The notes below the pieces were generated by a model that made no database searches, had not been told where the DNA came from, and worked only from the letters and a program-made list of their open reading frames with translations. Positions 14,145-26,779 of a DNA stretch of 64,000 bases are shown piece by piece. Each line of letters opens with the position of its first letter. Positions within the stretch are counted from its first letter, which is position 1. This DNA comes from Sporopachydermia quercuum (taxonomy: Eukaryota): positions 198,433 through 262,432 of the forward strand of contig BCGN01000007.1 in assembly GCA_001599295.1 (NCBI GenBank), written 5' to 3'. The position numbers and the translations under genes are program-made.

Positions 14145-15629
14145 TGCCCTCTATCCACATATATGCTTCTGATACGCTACTATACATATAAAGGACAGTC
14201 AAGCAGACCTGTCAGCAATCCAGACTGTATCCAAGCCAATGATTACACCTCCGGTCGCCCTAGAATACGAATTCAATGCAGGTTTTATCTTTATTTTCAA
14301 TTATCACATTCAATAGAAACAATTAGAATAAACTGTCCTGGAACATGAAAATGCTAGGAAGAGAAAGGAATTGTGTGATAGTTGAAGTGGGATGAGATGT
14401 TAAGTCAAAGTGGAAAAAATGACGGGAAGCTTTGGAAACTATGAGGTAAGCAAATTGGTATAAAGTTTGACCCATATTTAAGTTTCAGAACAGAACTAAA
14501 GTTAAATGTTAACCGTAATTTCACTAGAAACTCAACGTATTTATCAAATTGATGATTTCTTTTACTTTCGCGACAGGTAAGACCATCATATAATTTTTTT
14601 TTCTTGAAAGATTAAATGGGGTGAATCAAAGAGCTCCATTCAGTTTCTAGAGACTTGTTGCTGAACATATTACGTAAATCAAAAGCCCTTCTTCTGCCGT
14701 CGTTGGTTCTCTCTAAAGCATCTTCCATATTCTAGATGAGTTTGTATGTTTTAACAATCGTTGCTTTTTATGAATAAACAAAACACACCTTAGATTCATA
14801 TCCAAATACTATAAGAACCTCAAAACTTAAAAGATAAAAAAATTATGTATACTTGAGCCTCTGAACAGAGAGCAGATCGACCGTTTCAGTTCTCTGTCTG
14901 TGATAGATATGATTTCAGCTAATTGTATGATACATCTGATCAAATCTACATTATTCATTTATCCACTTACTCTTGTTATTCAGCTTTCTTTATTAAATTA
15001 TCTTTAGTCTCTAGTTTGAATCATCCAATAATGTAATTTTGGTTGAAAGAATCAATTCGAATTGCTCTTTCGTTAGTTCAGGGTATATCTACCATTCCAA
15101 GTGGATATCAGCTTGTACTAAACATTCAGTCTAAGCCATCTGCTAACAATCAATTGAGTAGTTTCTGCTATCTCTTAGAGATAAAGTGTTGATAGATATT
15201 CAATTACTAGTGCAAATACTCATCGTCCTGCAGAATTACTCGCTCTGACGGCTATCCAGATAACGGCATGTAAAAAACAGTAGATCAATTGACTATCTAC
15301 TATGTACATTTCGGTACCATGTTTTATCACTACACTATAATAATATCTAAGTATAAATTGAAATAGCAACATAAGCAGCTTCAAACAATGCTTACATCTC
15401 AATAGAACAATAGTTTTGTAGCTCTCCACAATTCGGAACATCAACTGATCTTTAATAACGATTCTACACATCATACCAATGAACACATTTAAACATAATC
15501 ATTAGAAAAAGCATACTTCTAATAAACAATTTTGATATATACAGGCAAATGAGCAACTCTGCTTACTTAACATGTCTCTTTGATCTTATTCCTATCTAGA
15601 CTTCTACTCTAATCACATTGTATTAATAG

Positions 15630-16685
<1,056 letters not shown>

Positions 16686-17835
16686 TGTGGGTACGTTATT
16701 ACTTCACCAGTAGAATAGCATATAACAATATGTTTCTGTATTAAAAATACAACTGATAAGTTATGTAAAATTATAGTGATGGAAGTAACAAAAGGAATAA
16801 CTAAATACCATTGTTGTTTAAGCAATGGCTGACAAAATATTCAATCCTCAATATATCATCGCCAGCTAGAAGATGGAATTCCCAATGAAAATTGTTGGTG
16901 ATGAAATGGGGTAGGTCTGAAGATCCCTGCTTGGCTTTAAAGTTCTCTAGGTGTACTTAAAGTTGGTGCATATGGTTATAACGCGGAAAGTTTAATTTTA
17001 TGAGGAAATGCTGGTAATGGTTGTAAGAAAATTGTAAATTAAGTATTTGAGAAACGCTGAGCAAATAGTATGCTAATGAAAATAATAAACTATTCATTGA
17101 AAGCAGGTTGTTTTGTCATGGTTGCTGCCATTTCGTTTTTCTCTTACTATGGATATACTATCAAGTTGCTAACTGACTCTACGTCAAAAGAGATATCAAT
17201 TAAGGTTTCATTGACTAAAAGTAAGTTTTGAGTTTTCATCGTATATGTTCCTTTCTCATCGTCCTCTTCATTTTAGCCATCAACACATTCATTTACTTCC
17301 TAGATTATTACAAATAAACATATCGAATTTTTCCAGAAACTCTAGTAAATCTTTTCTGGATGCATAGTAATCCCAGCTATAAGGAACAACTTTTTTTCTG
17401 GTTTTTCAATCCATATCAAACTGTTTTCGTGATATTGTCTGTCGTTTGTGGTTTGTGGTGATCTCAGTATGCACTTGTGTATCCCTGTTTGTATACAATT
17501 TCTATCATCATTGTGTCTTTCATAAACAATGTCTCTCTTTCTCTTTGTTGTTTTAATTATTGATATATAGACTTTATAATACATTACTGGGGTTCCAGAA
17601 ATCTTCTGGTAGTAGGTGACCTAATTGCTGGAAGCCTAGAAGACTGTAAGAGCAAATTATCTATGTCTGACAGCATTGATTACAAGTAGTTGATGATACG
17701 AAATAACAAATACCACTTGGGGCAAATAATGTCAATCTTACTGAGACCTTGGTGATACTATAGTATATGATACAATAAACACAGATAGGATAAGAGAATA
17801 GTTAGTGAATCAATACGATTTAAGCCATACCAAGA

Positions 17836-19485
17836 ATGTATCTCTCAAATATATCCCCATTTCTATGGGCTTTCATTGGCGTTCTTCTCCTTTTGAAAAA
17901 TGTGTTAGCTGGAGATGTTAATGAAGTTATGAGTGCCATTGGAGCTACTGAAGCAAAATCTAATTACCTGCCCAATTCGAAGAAGAATCCTGACGATACG
18001 CCCAGAGAATGGGTCTACGTAATTCCTCATGACTATCTAGACAAGGAAGTGCTCATCAAAGCAATGTTTGCAACCGAAAACGTTGCTGAGGTTAGCAGAT
18101 TGTTTGAGTTACCAAGGGAAAATATATCGGATGAAAAAGTTGCTCACAGGCTATTTGTTCCATATGTTTCTTCCAACGCATTTGTTTTTTCATCTACGAA
18201 AGACATAAACCTACCGAGACGAAACGAAGATTACAAACAATTTATTTCTGAAGCAGAGCCTTTTGCATTACCAACACATTCTAAGTTGGTTGATTATTTC
18301 CTTTTGGCCCCCTATAAGAAATTTGATCGAAGTGCCATTTCCAATGCTTTAGGGGAAGAAACAGTGAAGAAACTCGTTTTCCAGAAGGACAACGTTCCTG
18401 TGATGGAGAATCTAATGTCTTGCAATGATTTGATTCTTGTTTTTATATTCAGTGATGAGACTACATGTTCCAATCTTTCTGGTATATTTAGTAATGTATC
18501 CAAGAGCTTCTTTGATGAGTTAGCAGACAGTTGGATAAATCAATTTGGAATTGAACCTTTGCTCTATTCAGAATTCTGTCATTTGAATCCTGCTGATAGA
18601 ACCAGCGGTTACTGTGTTAATATCGATGTTGAAAATTTGAAAATTATTCTTTCAAATGCCTCCTCCAAACGAAAGACTATTTCAAAACCAGTAGCAAATG
18701 GTGCTCTTTCTGAAAGTGGCGTTTTAAAGAAGAGAGAATTGAAGTTTATACCACCAACAAAGTTAGATGCTCCTGGCCAGATAGCTTTAGTTCATGCATA
18801 CGTTGAAAAATCCTTAAATAGACTTCCCAGATCAATCACTTCCACGTATAAACAAAGATTTAATCCACTGTTGATAGCTGGGAATTACTTTAACAAGGAA
18901 AAGTCTGAAGAACCTGAAGAAGAGAAACAAAAGAATGATGATGCAGATAGTGACGGTAAACAATTAAGATTCAACGATGGAAACAAACTAGAAGAACTGG
19001 AGGACAGTGAAGTAAGCAAACAACATTATGCAAAAAAATTGTTTCCTTTGATCAAAAGGACTGATTTGTCTTGTATAAACAAAATAGGATCTGGTTTGAG
19101 GTGCGGTGTTGGTAATGTAATGAACGAAGCATCAGTACCAATTGACTTTGTCAAATCAATGGGTAGACATCCTAAATTTGCACAGTTGGTTCAAAGAGCA
19201 GATGATGAGGAAATTGAGGAAGATAACGAGTCTGATGAACACAGGAGTGATAATGAGGATGACGATGAAGACGAGCAACCATTAGATCGTATACTTAATC
19301 CTATCAATTGGAAGAGTATTCATATCCATTCTCCTTCGAGCCCAAATGTATATGAAGAAGATAATTGGTACCACGATGAAGATGGTTGTGATTGGGATGA
19401 AAATGAAGACAATGAAGATAACGAAGAAGATAAAAAATATAAAACCTGGAGAAAATTATTTAGAGATTTGATCTTAGGTTACTAA
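17836..19485 (+). CDS. Hypothetical secreted/lumenal protein with N-terminal signal peptide and acidic C-terminus
   Basis: 549-aa uninterrupted ORF with hydrophobic N-terminus FLWAFIGVLLLLKNVLA; no family recognised. Confidence 0.7.
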   Translation: MYLSNISPFLWAFIGVLLLLKNVLAGDVNEVMSAIGATEAKSNYLPNSKKNPDDTPREWVYVIPHDYLDKEVLIKAMFATENVAEVSRLFELPRENISDEKVAHRLFVPYVSSNAFVFSSTKDINLPRRNEDYKQFISEAEPFALPTHSKLVDYFLLAPYKKFDRSAISNALGEETVKKLVFQKDNVPVMENLMSCNDLILVFIFSDETTCSNLSGIFSNVSKSFFDELADSWINQFGIEPLLYSEFCHLNPADRTSGYCVNIDVENLKIILSNASSKRKTISKPVANGALSESGVLKKRELKFIPPTKLDAPGQIALVHAYVEKSLNRLPRSITSTYKQRFNPLLIAGNYFNKEKSEEPEEEKQKNDDADSDGKQLRFNDGNKLEELEDSEVSKQHYAKKLFPLIKRTDLSCINKIGSGLRCGVGNVMNEASVPIDFVKSMGRHPKFAQLVQRADDEEIEEDNESDEHRSDNEDDDEDEQPLDRILNPINWKSIHIHSPSSPNVYEEDNWYHDEDGCDWDENEDNEDNEEDKKYKTWRKLFRDLILGY

Positions 19486-19666
19486 TTGTAACCAACTGCA
19501 TTCCGCCTACCAGCCTCATCTTTTCGATGTAGATCGACACATCTAGTTAATTTTTTCTTTTTTGCTAATAAACTATTTGCTAACAACGAAAGATTTCCAT
19601 CCATCATCAAATAAACCAACCAACAGTTAGTTTACATTACTACAACGTATATTCCATCTACTCCGT

Positions 19667-21169
19667 TCATAACACCTTAACAACTTCTTCTACAATTTCA
19701 AGGAATTTATCTGCGTGGCGAGTATCAAATGTTAATGTTGGTCTCAATCTAATGGCAGCTGCACCGCATCCACCAATGTTAAGACCATGAGACTTAGAAA
19801 CCAATAAGAACTTATCTCTGAGTTCCGGTGAGCTCTCATCCCAAGCAATGTAAGTTCCTCTCTTATCACCCCTAAGGTTTTGAATATGAGTAGGGAAGCG
19901 TGTAGCAAGACTCTCCAAGTTTGAGTATAGGTATTCACCAATATCATATGTATGGTTAACTAAGTTGTGCTTTACAATTTCTTGATAGATGCTCTTCGCA
20001 ATGATAGCTCTAGCAGGGTCACCACACCAAGTATTAAATTGACGATATGGTAGATTTGGTTGCAATTCAGGATCATGGAAATAGAACCCGGCCGCTTGGA
20101 ACTTTTTGGAAAAAGTTACAATATCCGGTGGGATATCTAAATTCCAGTGTTCATGAGCCCAAAACTTTCCAGTAGCCCCAACACCTGTTTGAACTTCATC
20201 AACTATCAACAGAATACCATATTTCTTTGTTAAACTACGTAGACCTTGGAAAAAATACGGTGTAGCATGATTATCACCACCTTCGGATTGAATAGGTTCA
20301 ATGATTGTTGCTGCGATCTTCGAAGGCCAGCTTCTTATGACATTTTCGGTTTCTTCTAAGCATCTATCTTCTTCTAATTTATTTTCAGCCGCAAACTCTT
20401 CTAAAGGATACTTCAACTCAGGGAAAGGTGCCTTTGGCCATTTGAAAGCAGGAATATCTAATTTATGAACTGGCTTAGATCTAGTAGTAGACAATGATCC
20501 AAAGAGACGTCCATGGAACCCTTTTTCGAAAGAAAGAATCGATGCTTCAGAAGCTCCGGGTGCTTCATTATTCATTACAGAATCCAATTCTTTGGGTGTG
20601 AAGTCTCTGCCATCTCTTTCCTTCAACTTGGCATACATAAAAGCTGCCTTGTATGCAGTTTCATTAGCATCACTACCAGACAGAGCAGTCCATACCTTGG
20701 TTTGACCTGGCGGTGCTGCTGCTAGGATACCTTCTTCAAGAATTTTTCCATAGTCAGAAGAAGGGAAATTTCCAAGAGCAGGTCTGTTGACTAAAGCAGT
20801 GATCATTTCTTCAGATTGAGCAGCTTTTATAAGTTCCGGGTTGTTGTAGCCCAAAGCAATTGATGAAATTTGGGCATAAACATCCAAATAATATCGACCA
20901 TCAACATCGGCAATATAATTACCAATGGATTTATAGTAATCTGCAACAAAGTAAGCAGATCTGTTATCAAATACTTCACCTAGGGTTTTGAGGGCATCTG
21001 AAACTTTTGGTCCAGGAAACAAACCTTTAGTTGGCGACTTAGGTTCATTAGGATAATACTTATCGACAAGTATACTACTAGTAACCCTAGAGCTGCTGAA
21101 ACTTCTCACTTGCTTCAAAGCTCTTTTAGCGAAAACACTATGTTGTTTGAATGCTTGAATCAATGCCAT
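19667..21169 (-). CDS. UGA1: 4-aminobutyrate aminotransferase (GABA transaminase), probably mitochondrial
   Basis: Motifs YLDVYAQISSIALGYNNP, FHGRLFGSLSTTRSK, EPIQSEGGDNHA, DEVQTG, FSKK and FNTWCGDP. The ATG is at 21169 (the ORF track starts at an upstream non-ATG codon). The N-terminus MALIQAFKQHSVFAKRALKQVRSFSSSR looks like a presequence. Confidence 0.93.
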   Translation of the reverse strand: MALIQAFKQHSVFAKRALKQVRSFSSSRVTSSILVDKYYPNEPKSPTKGLFPGPKVSDALKTLGEVFDNRSAYFVADYYKSIGNYIADVDGRYYLDVYAQISSIALGYNNPELIKAAQSEEMITALVNRPALGNFPSSDYGKILEEGILAAAPPGQTKVWTALSGSDANETAYKAAFMYAKLKERDGRDFTPKELDSVMNNEAPGASEASILSFEKGFHGRLFGSLSTTRSKPVHKLDIPAFKWPKAPFPELKYPLEEFAAENKLEEDRCLEETENVIRSWPSKIAATIIEPIQSEGGDNHATPYFFQGLRSLTKKYGILLIVDEVQTGVGATGKFWAHEHWNLDIPPDIVTFSKKFQAAGFYFHDPELQPNLPYRQFNTWCGDPARAIIAKSIYQEIVKHNLVNHTYDIGEYLYSNLESLATRFPTHIQNLRGDKRGTYIAWDESSPELRDKFLLVSKSHGLNIGGCGAAAIRLRPTLTFDTRHADKFLEIVEEVVKVL

Positions 21170-21226
21170 CTTCCGAACAATTTTTCGTCCAATAGTTAGT
21201 ACATCTACTTTATTCCTGTCTCTTAT

Positions 21227-21238
21227 GATAAGCTTATC
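21227..21238. promoter_or_regulatory. Palindromic double GATAAG site upstream of UGA1 (candidate nitrogen-regulation GATA element)
   Basis: GATAAGCTTATC just upstream of the UGA1 ATG, with another CTTATC at 21501-21506. GATA control of UGA1 is known in S. cerevisiae; function here is inferred. Confidence 0.35.
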
Positions 21239-21956
21239 CTTCCAATTGCTCAACACTAGTTAACTATTGTTTATAGAATAGTACTCTTGTTCGACTCTAT
21301 TCCCTTCATCAGCAGACGAATGCTCTAATTTTTTCAATTGCAGCGTCTACTGTAAGTTCAGTTCTTACCAATACCCTTTAACACGTCAAACAATAGCTAT
21401 ATATACTGGAACAATAAAAGAATTCCGTTGATACAGTTTCAATACTCTCCTTTCTGTAACCATTGAAACGCATGACAAATTAATACCCAAATTGGCTCTT
21501 CTTATCGCTTCCAAAAAGGGAATAGCCGAAGAATGGGAAGGAAGAAAGGAAAGTGTAAGAGGGCCCNGAGAGATAACAAATATGCGCTATGGGACAGCAA
21601 AGGGGTTATCTGGGAGATATTTTGAATGTTGAAATAGTCTCCGCATTAGCAATTTTTTCGGAGACAATAGTTGATTATGAAAATGAGCTATTCAATGGAA
21701 ATTATATGCCTTTCAGCGAATTATAATAAGAATCATTTTTCCGTTTATTATTCTAACAATATTCTACAGATTCTACTTAGTAGAGGTAACAGCTATGCTA
21801 TTAAGTATATCACCAGTCAAAGCTATAATACAACAACACTACACAACACTATTCAACATGATAATAACTTAGCCTAATATAACATCTCAAACTAATCTAA
21901 TAACCAAATAGTACACATATGGAAGTGACATCTAATAGATACTGTCACAATTTCAA

Positions 21957-24900
21957 CTACTGAGAGGATTCCTTTTCNAATGCTAACGCAGGGCGTTTCT
22001 TTTGATTTCCTTCCGAATCCTTGTCTTCGCCTGTTCTTCTTCTCTTATACACGTATTTTCCCATATAATCTTTGACAAAAGCTTTGATTTTTTCTTTCTT
22101 TTTATCAGCAAGAGAAGTAGGAACAGGTTTCTTTTCCTCATTGAATCTTTTCATTTCCTTCTCTACTAAAATATGGACAATCTGTTGATCACCAGTTAGT
22201 AGTAGGAACGCTAAAAAATACATATCAATAGCAGTTTCATATACACTGAGTATAAAAATCACATTATTGTAAAAACTTACATCTCGGGAACAGCTCTTAA
22301 CAGATTCATGACCAATATCTTTTTCATATCTTGCAACAATATTAGGAACATATTTTGCCATCTATAATAACCTTATTGTTAGTAGTCAAGCTTAATAAAA
22401 GAATAAGAAAAAGCAGCCATCTGAGTTTGTTGATAACAACCAAATAGCCTAATCAGCTGTAATTCGAAGCACCAGTAAATAAATCAAACATACCACTTTA
22501 GTCATTATCTTCTTACTATCTTCAACTGACTTTTCCTTATCATTGGTATGATTAATACTGCTTCTACCGCTACCACTAGTACTTTTGCCCTTTTCTTTCT
22601 CATCCTCGGCATCTCTTCTGCTTCCGCTCTTTTCTTTCTCCTTCTCCCTCTCCTTATCCTTATAGTTGCCATTATCGTTATCCCTATCACTATCACCATC
22701 TCCTTCGCCCATACTTTCTCTAAGTCTTTTTTGCTCCTTTCTCAACTTCAACAAACGGTATTTTTCTTCTTTAGCTTTGGCACGTTCTTCCTCCTCCAGC
22801 TTCTGTTTCTGAAGCAATTCCTTCTCTTCTAACAGCTTTTTCTCCGCCCTTCTCTTAGACTCCTCTAAAGCTTTTTGAACTTTCTCCTGTCTAGTTAAAA
22901 CAGCATTAACAGTTCTCCCAGGAGTGTGTTCTCTGCTTTCAGCAGGTCTATTCCACTGGGTGATATTCTTTTCTCTATTGAAATAATAGGTAGCACCATT
23001 ATCGTCTTTTGATTCACTCCAACCAGGAGGCAAGGGTTCAAGTCCTGATGATGATGATGGAGCGTTCCCATTATGAAATCTTTTTCTATTTCTATCAATG
23101 CGACTTCGCCTTTTCTCTTCTTGATATTTCCTTTGATACTCTCGTTCTCTATCTCTTCGTCTAGCATCTTCTTGCCCTCTAGCATGCTTACCGCTATCTC
23201 CACAACCGTGAACATAAGCCTTGGGACCAGTAGGAGCGTTCTTAGTAATCAGTTCTGTATTGATACTAGGTTCTTCAGGTAGATCTTCAACAGTTTTATC
23301 TTCTAATTGCAAAGCTTTAATAAGCATTTGATCCCTGAGATTCAAAATTTCTAGTATACGATTCTTCAGTGTAACAGTGAGTTTCCCAGTTGATTTCCGA
23401 ACAATATATCCACCTTCCGATCTCAGCTGTACAAACAAATCTGAATCTTCAACATAAACACCTTTCCGGTAGTTCGAGAAATTTTTATTCACTGGAGGAA
23501 ACCTAGNAAACTTCTTATAAACGTTTTCCACAGTTAACTTATCAGTACTAGAAGGAACACCGCTATCATTATCATTACAGTTGACAGTTCCCGCGCCATT
23601 CTGTTTACGGGTGTTTAAATCTTTACCAGAAGTTCCATCAGAGCTTTTCACGTCTTTCCGTTTGGGAATTCTGTAAGCCAAACGCAATTTACTCCATTTT
23701 TCCAGTAATTCGGCGGCCAGATCCTTGATTTCTTCATTTTCAGTCCTTTCCTTAAGCTCTTCAACAGTTTTATCTATTTTCGATGAGACAATCTTGTTCC
23801 TAGTTAATTTTGGCCAAGTGTCCATGACATGTAGTATAAGCATGATAATATCGTCATCGGATCGCTTATCGTCTTTTAACAATAGCGAAAACACAGAATA
23901 GCCATGTAGCCGTGCTAATCTAGTAGCTATCTGTTCATCAGAAGTAATTCTAATTCGCTGCAGTATCTTCCGAATAAGCCATTTATCCTTTATCTTGATC
24001 AAACCAGCCATTACTTTGTTAGCACTCTTCATTGTGATAGGTTTGATAGGTAAATCCTCAACAAAATCTTCATCGTCATTAGCATTTGCTGCATTTCTAG
24101 CTTTCTTCCTATTCCTTCGTTTGATCTCAGCAGCGACATAGCTATCTTCATCTTCAACAGTTAAATCCAATGCCAATGCTAATGATTCACTTATCTTATT
24201 CACAGCCTCGGTCTGAGTTTTCCCACCAATAAACCCAACACAGTTTGGCTCTCCGCAATAACATTTCTGAGCCTCGGCACCATAACGATCAACGTTATAG
24301 TCAAATGTTAGCTCTTCACCTTTAACTATCTGTCGTTTGGTGAAAATTCCCATTCTGAACTTATCATCAACGATCCATTTATCAACATAGCAGTTAGGAT
24401 TACAAGAATGATTACAGAATCTGGCTAAACCACCTTTTTCAGTAGCATCAATAAACTCATCTTTTTGAAGCATCATGAAATAGAAATGCTTGATACCTCT
24501 AGCATCATAATCAACCATTCTTTTCTTGAATTTGATTGGATCAATCACTTCACCAATGTATTCATATACAAACGTTCCTGAAGGCAAATCCTCGTTACAA
24601 CGTACACCAAAACCTTTGTTCACTGTTTTAATAACTGATACGTTAGCATATTCTTTCCTTTGGAACCGTTGATTTCTACAACCAGTACCACAGTTGCATG
24701 ACCCATCTATACATTCAATAGATGTAAATCTATTAACGCAATCGCTCGTCTCTCCACACGCATGATTTATTCCGTCTTCCACATAAGGTCTGCAGTCACA
24801 AGTCATGATTTCGTCCTGTCCAGAGTCTCCAAGGTATTTATTAGTGTATATACTGTTGGGGATCTCTTCAAACGTTTTCACTGCTTCATCAGTAACGTCT

Positions 24901-25256
24901 TCATAATCAACGAAAAGTTGGCGTGAAACTTTTGGTTTGCCGAAGTCTTTATTGCTTGCAATGTTATTAGTACTATTGTTATCGCTGTCAACTATTGGCT
25001 CTGTTGAAGGAGTTCCAGGACTTGTCGCATTATCAATGCTTGATTCTAGCTGTGATTCGTTATGGGTGTCTGATTTAACATCATCAGTAGCTATATCTCC
25101 TTCCTGATCTTCTTCCACGTCAAAATTATTATAATCCGCATTTTCATCATACTCTTCAATCTCTTTCATGCTTGGTTTCTCTCGTAATTCACTAAAAGAG
25201 GTACCATTACTGGTGGTACCACTGTCTATTTTTTCATCAGCTTCACGGCTATTCAT
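21957..25256 (-). CDS. SET2: Histone H3K36 methyltransferase (AWS-SET-postSET, WW, SRI); exons 25256-22494, 22361-22281, 22181-21957
   Basis: RFCNHSCNPN, ELTFDYNVDRYG, CYCGEPNC and a WW domain (LPPGW...YYFN...TQWNRP). Introns 22493-22362 (GTATGT/TACTAAC/TAG) and 22280-22182 (GTAAGT/TACTAAC/CAG) join the SRI-domain exons (AKYVPNIV...IVHILVEKE...KIKAFVKDYM). Confidence 0.93.
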
Positions 25257-25920
25257 TTCTTCTTCAGTTTAATACATTCATTCACCTATAAATATCTTTA
25301 ATTTGCCGTTTGCTTCCATAATATTTCCCGCAGTAATTTCCTCCGGGCGTAGTATTCAATAACTACCAATAACCACTATTATGTACTGGGATAGCAAGTA
25401 TGTAGATAAGTCAACAAATTTACTCTGCAGGTAGAACACCTATAACACTTGATCACACCAGTAACTAGTAAGTAGAATCTTGGCAAAATACTTGTTTGTC
25501 TGTTTTAATGATGGCTTATACAATAAATAAATAAATACCATCAAATGTTGATATGCTATACAAACATAACACTTTAACCAACCAGTCAGTGAGTCAACTG
25601 TGTGTTTCCATCACTTGAATATGTAACGCGAAGGATTCCCACTTTCAAGCAATAGTATAATCACCAACAATCAACAACAAAGTCTAGAATTAGTATGAAT
25701 GTTACTGTGATATTGTTTGGTTATTCATTCGTATGTTTACAAGCTATTTTTCGTTTGGTTAACACTTTATTATTTCTGTATGAACGTAGGATATCTGCAC
25801 CTTTTATTTTGTCAAATGTTTCAATACAAATTGTTTGTCAATTTGCTTTCTAAGTTTTTCGTCACATAGAATTTGAATGATGTCTTATATCAGGAGTTGA
25901 GAAGAAAAATAACATTACAG

Positions 25921-25970
25921 AGGTACAGGAAAGTGCAGAATAATGCCGGAACGTGCAGGACAGTGCAGAG
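25921..25970. repeat. Degenerate 10-bp tandem array (core gtgcagga, 5 units)
   Basis: aggtacagga aagtgcagaa taatgccgga acgtgcagga cagtgcagag. Confidence 0.65.
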
Positions 25971-26779
25971 GAACAGTCACTAAGCATGGACAACTTACTG
26001 GCAGTAATAGATTGCGATTGGCCGGAGATTGCCAGGAGTGCTGCTAGTGTTTTAAGAATCTATTAGCTTTAAAAAGCCTTTGTAAATAATTTGTAGTTTC
26101 TAGTGTTGATTGACAATTAATTGTATGTCAAAGAGATCTGAACAACTCACTTGAACCTTATATAAAGTAACCCATGGTCTTAATATAACGTTCAATAATC
26201 AAATNCTATCGAGGCATCTATTAGCTAGCAAATATTCACTTAGCTTGTAGACCTATTATCTGTATACTTAAAGATATATTCAATAAGCTTGCTTCGTTCA
26301 CTCATTCGCTAACGATCCTCCAATCTAATTTCTCAATATACTCTCAACATGTACTAATCACGCATAATACACATACTGTGCATACTCTGCACTCTTCTTC
26401 GGTAACATTACAACACATGTATACTTATTCGGAACAATCCCGAAGGGCAACGGGTAAACATCCAAGCATATCGCAATTCCAACTCTTCGCTAACTTCCGA
26501 ATTCTACAACCTGTGAATTTCTTCGATTAATTAGTTACTGGATCCATTTGCTAAATCTGAAACTATAAAATTTGCTAGTAGTAAGTATAAATATACTTGT
26601 TCAGTTGAGGCATTGATTAGCAAACGATATGTAGATAGAGATAAGATAAAGTGCAATTATTCACACCGAACTTCTCTATCATCAACTGTAATAATAATAA
26701 AATAAACCATCAACTTTTCTCGTTCTTAATATGAATTCTTCAGGACCTCTTATAATAATGTACAACACTTTGCATTAAG

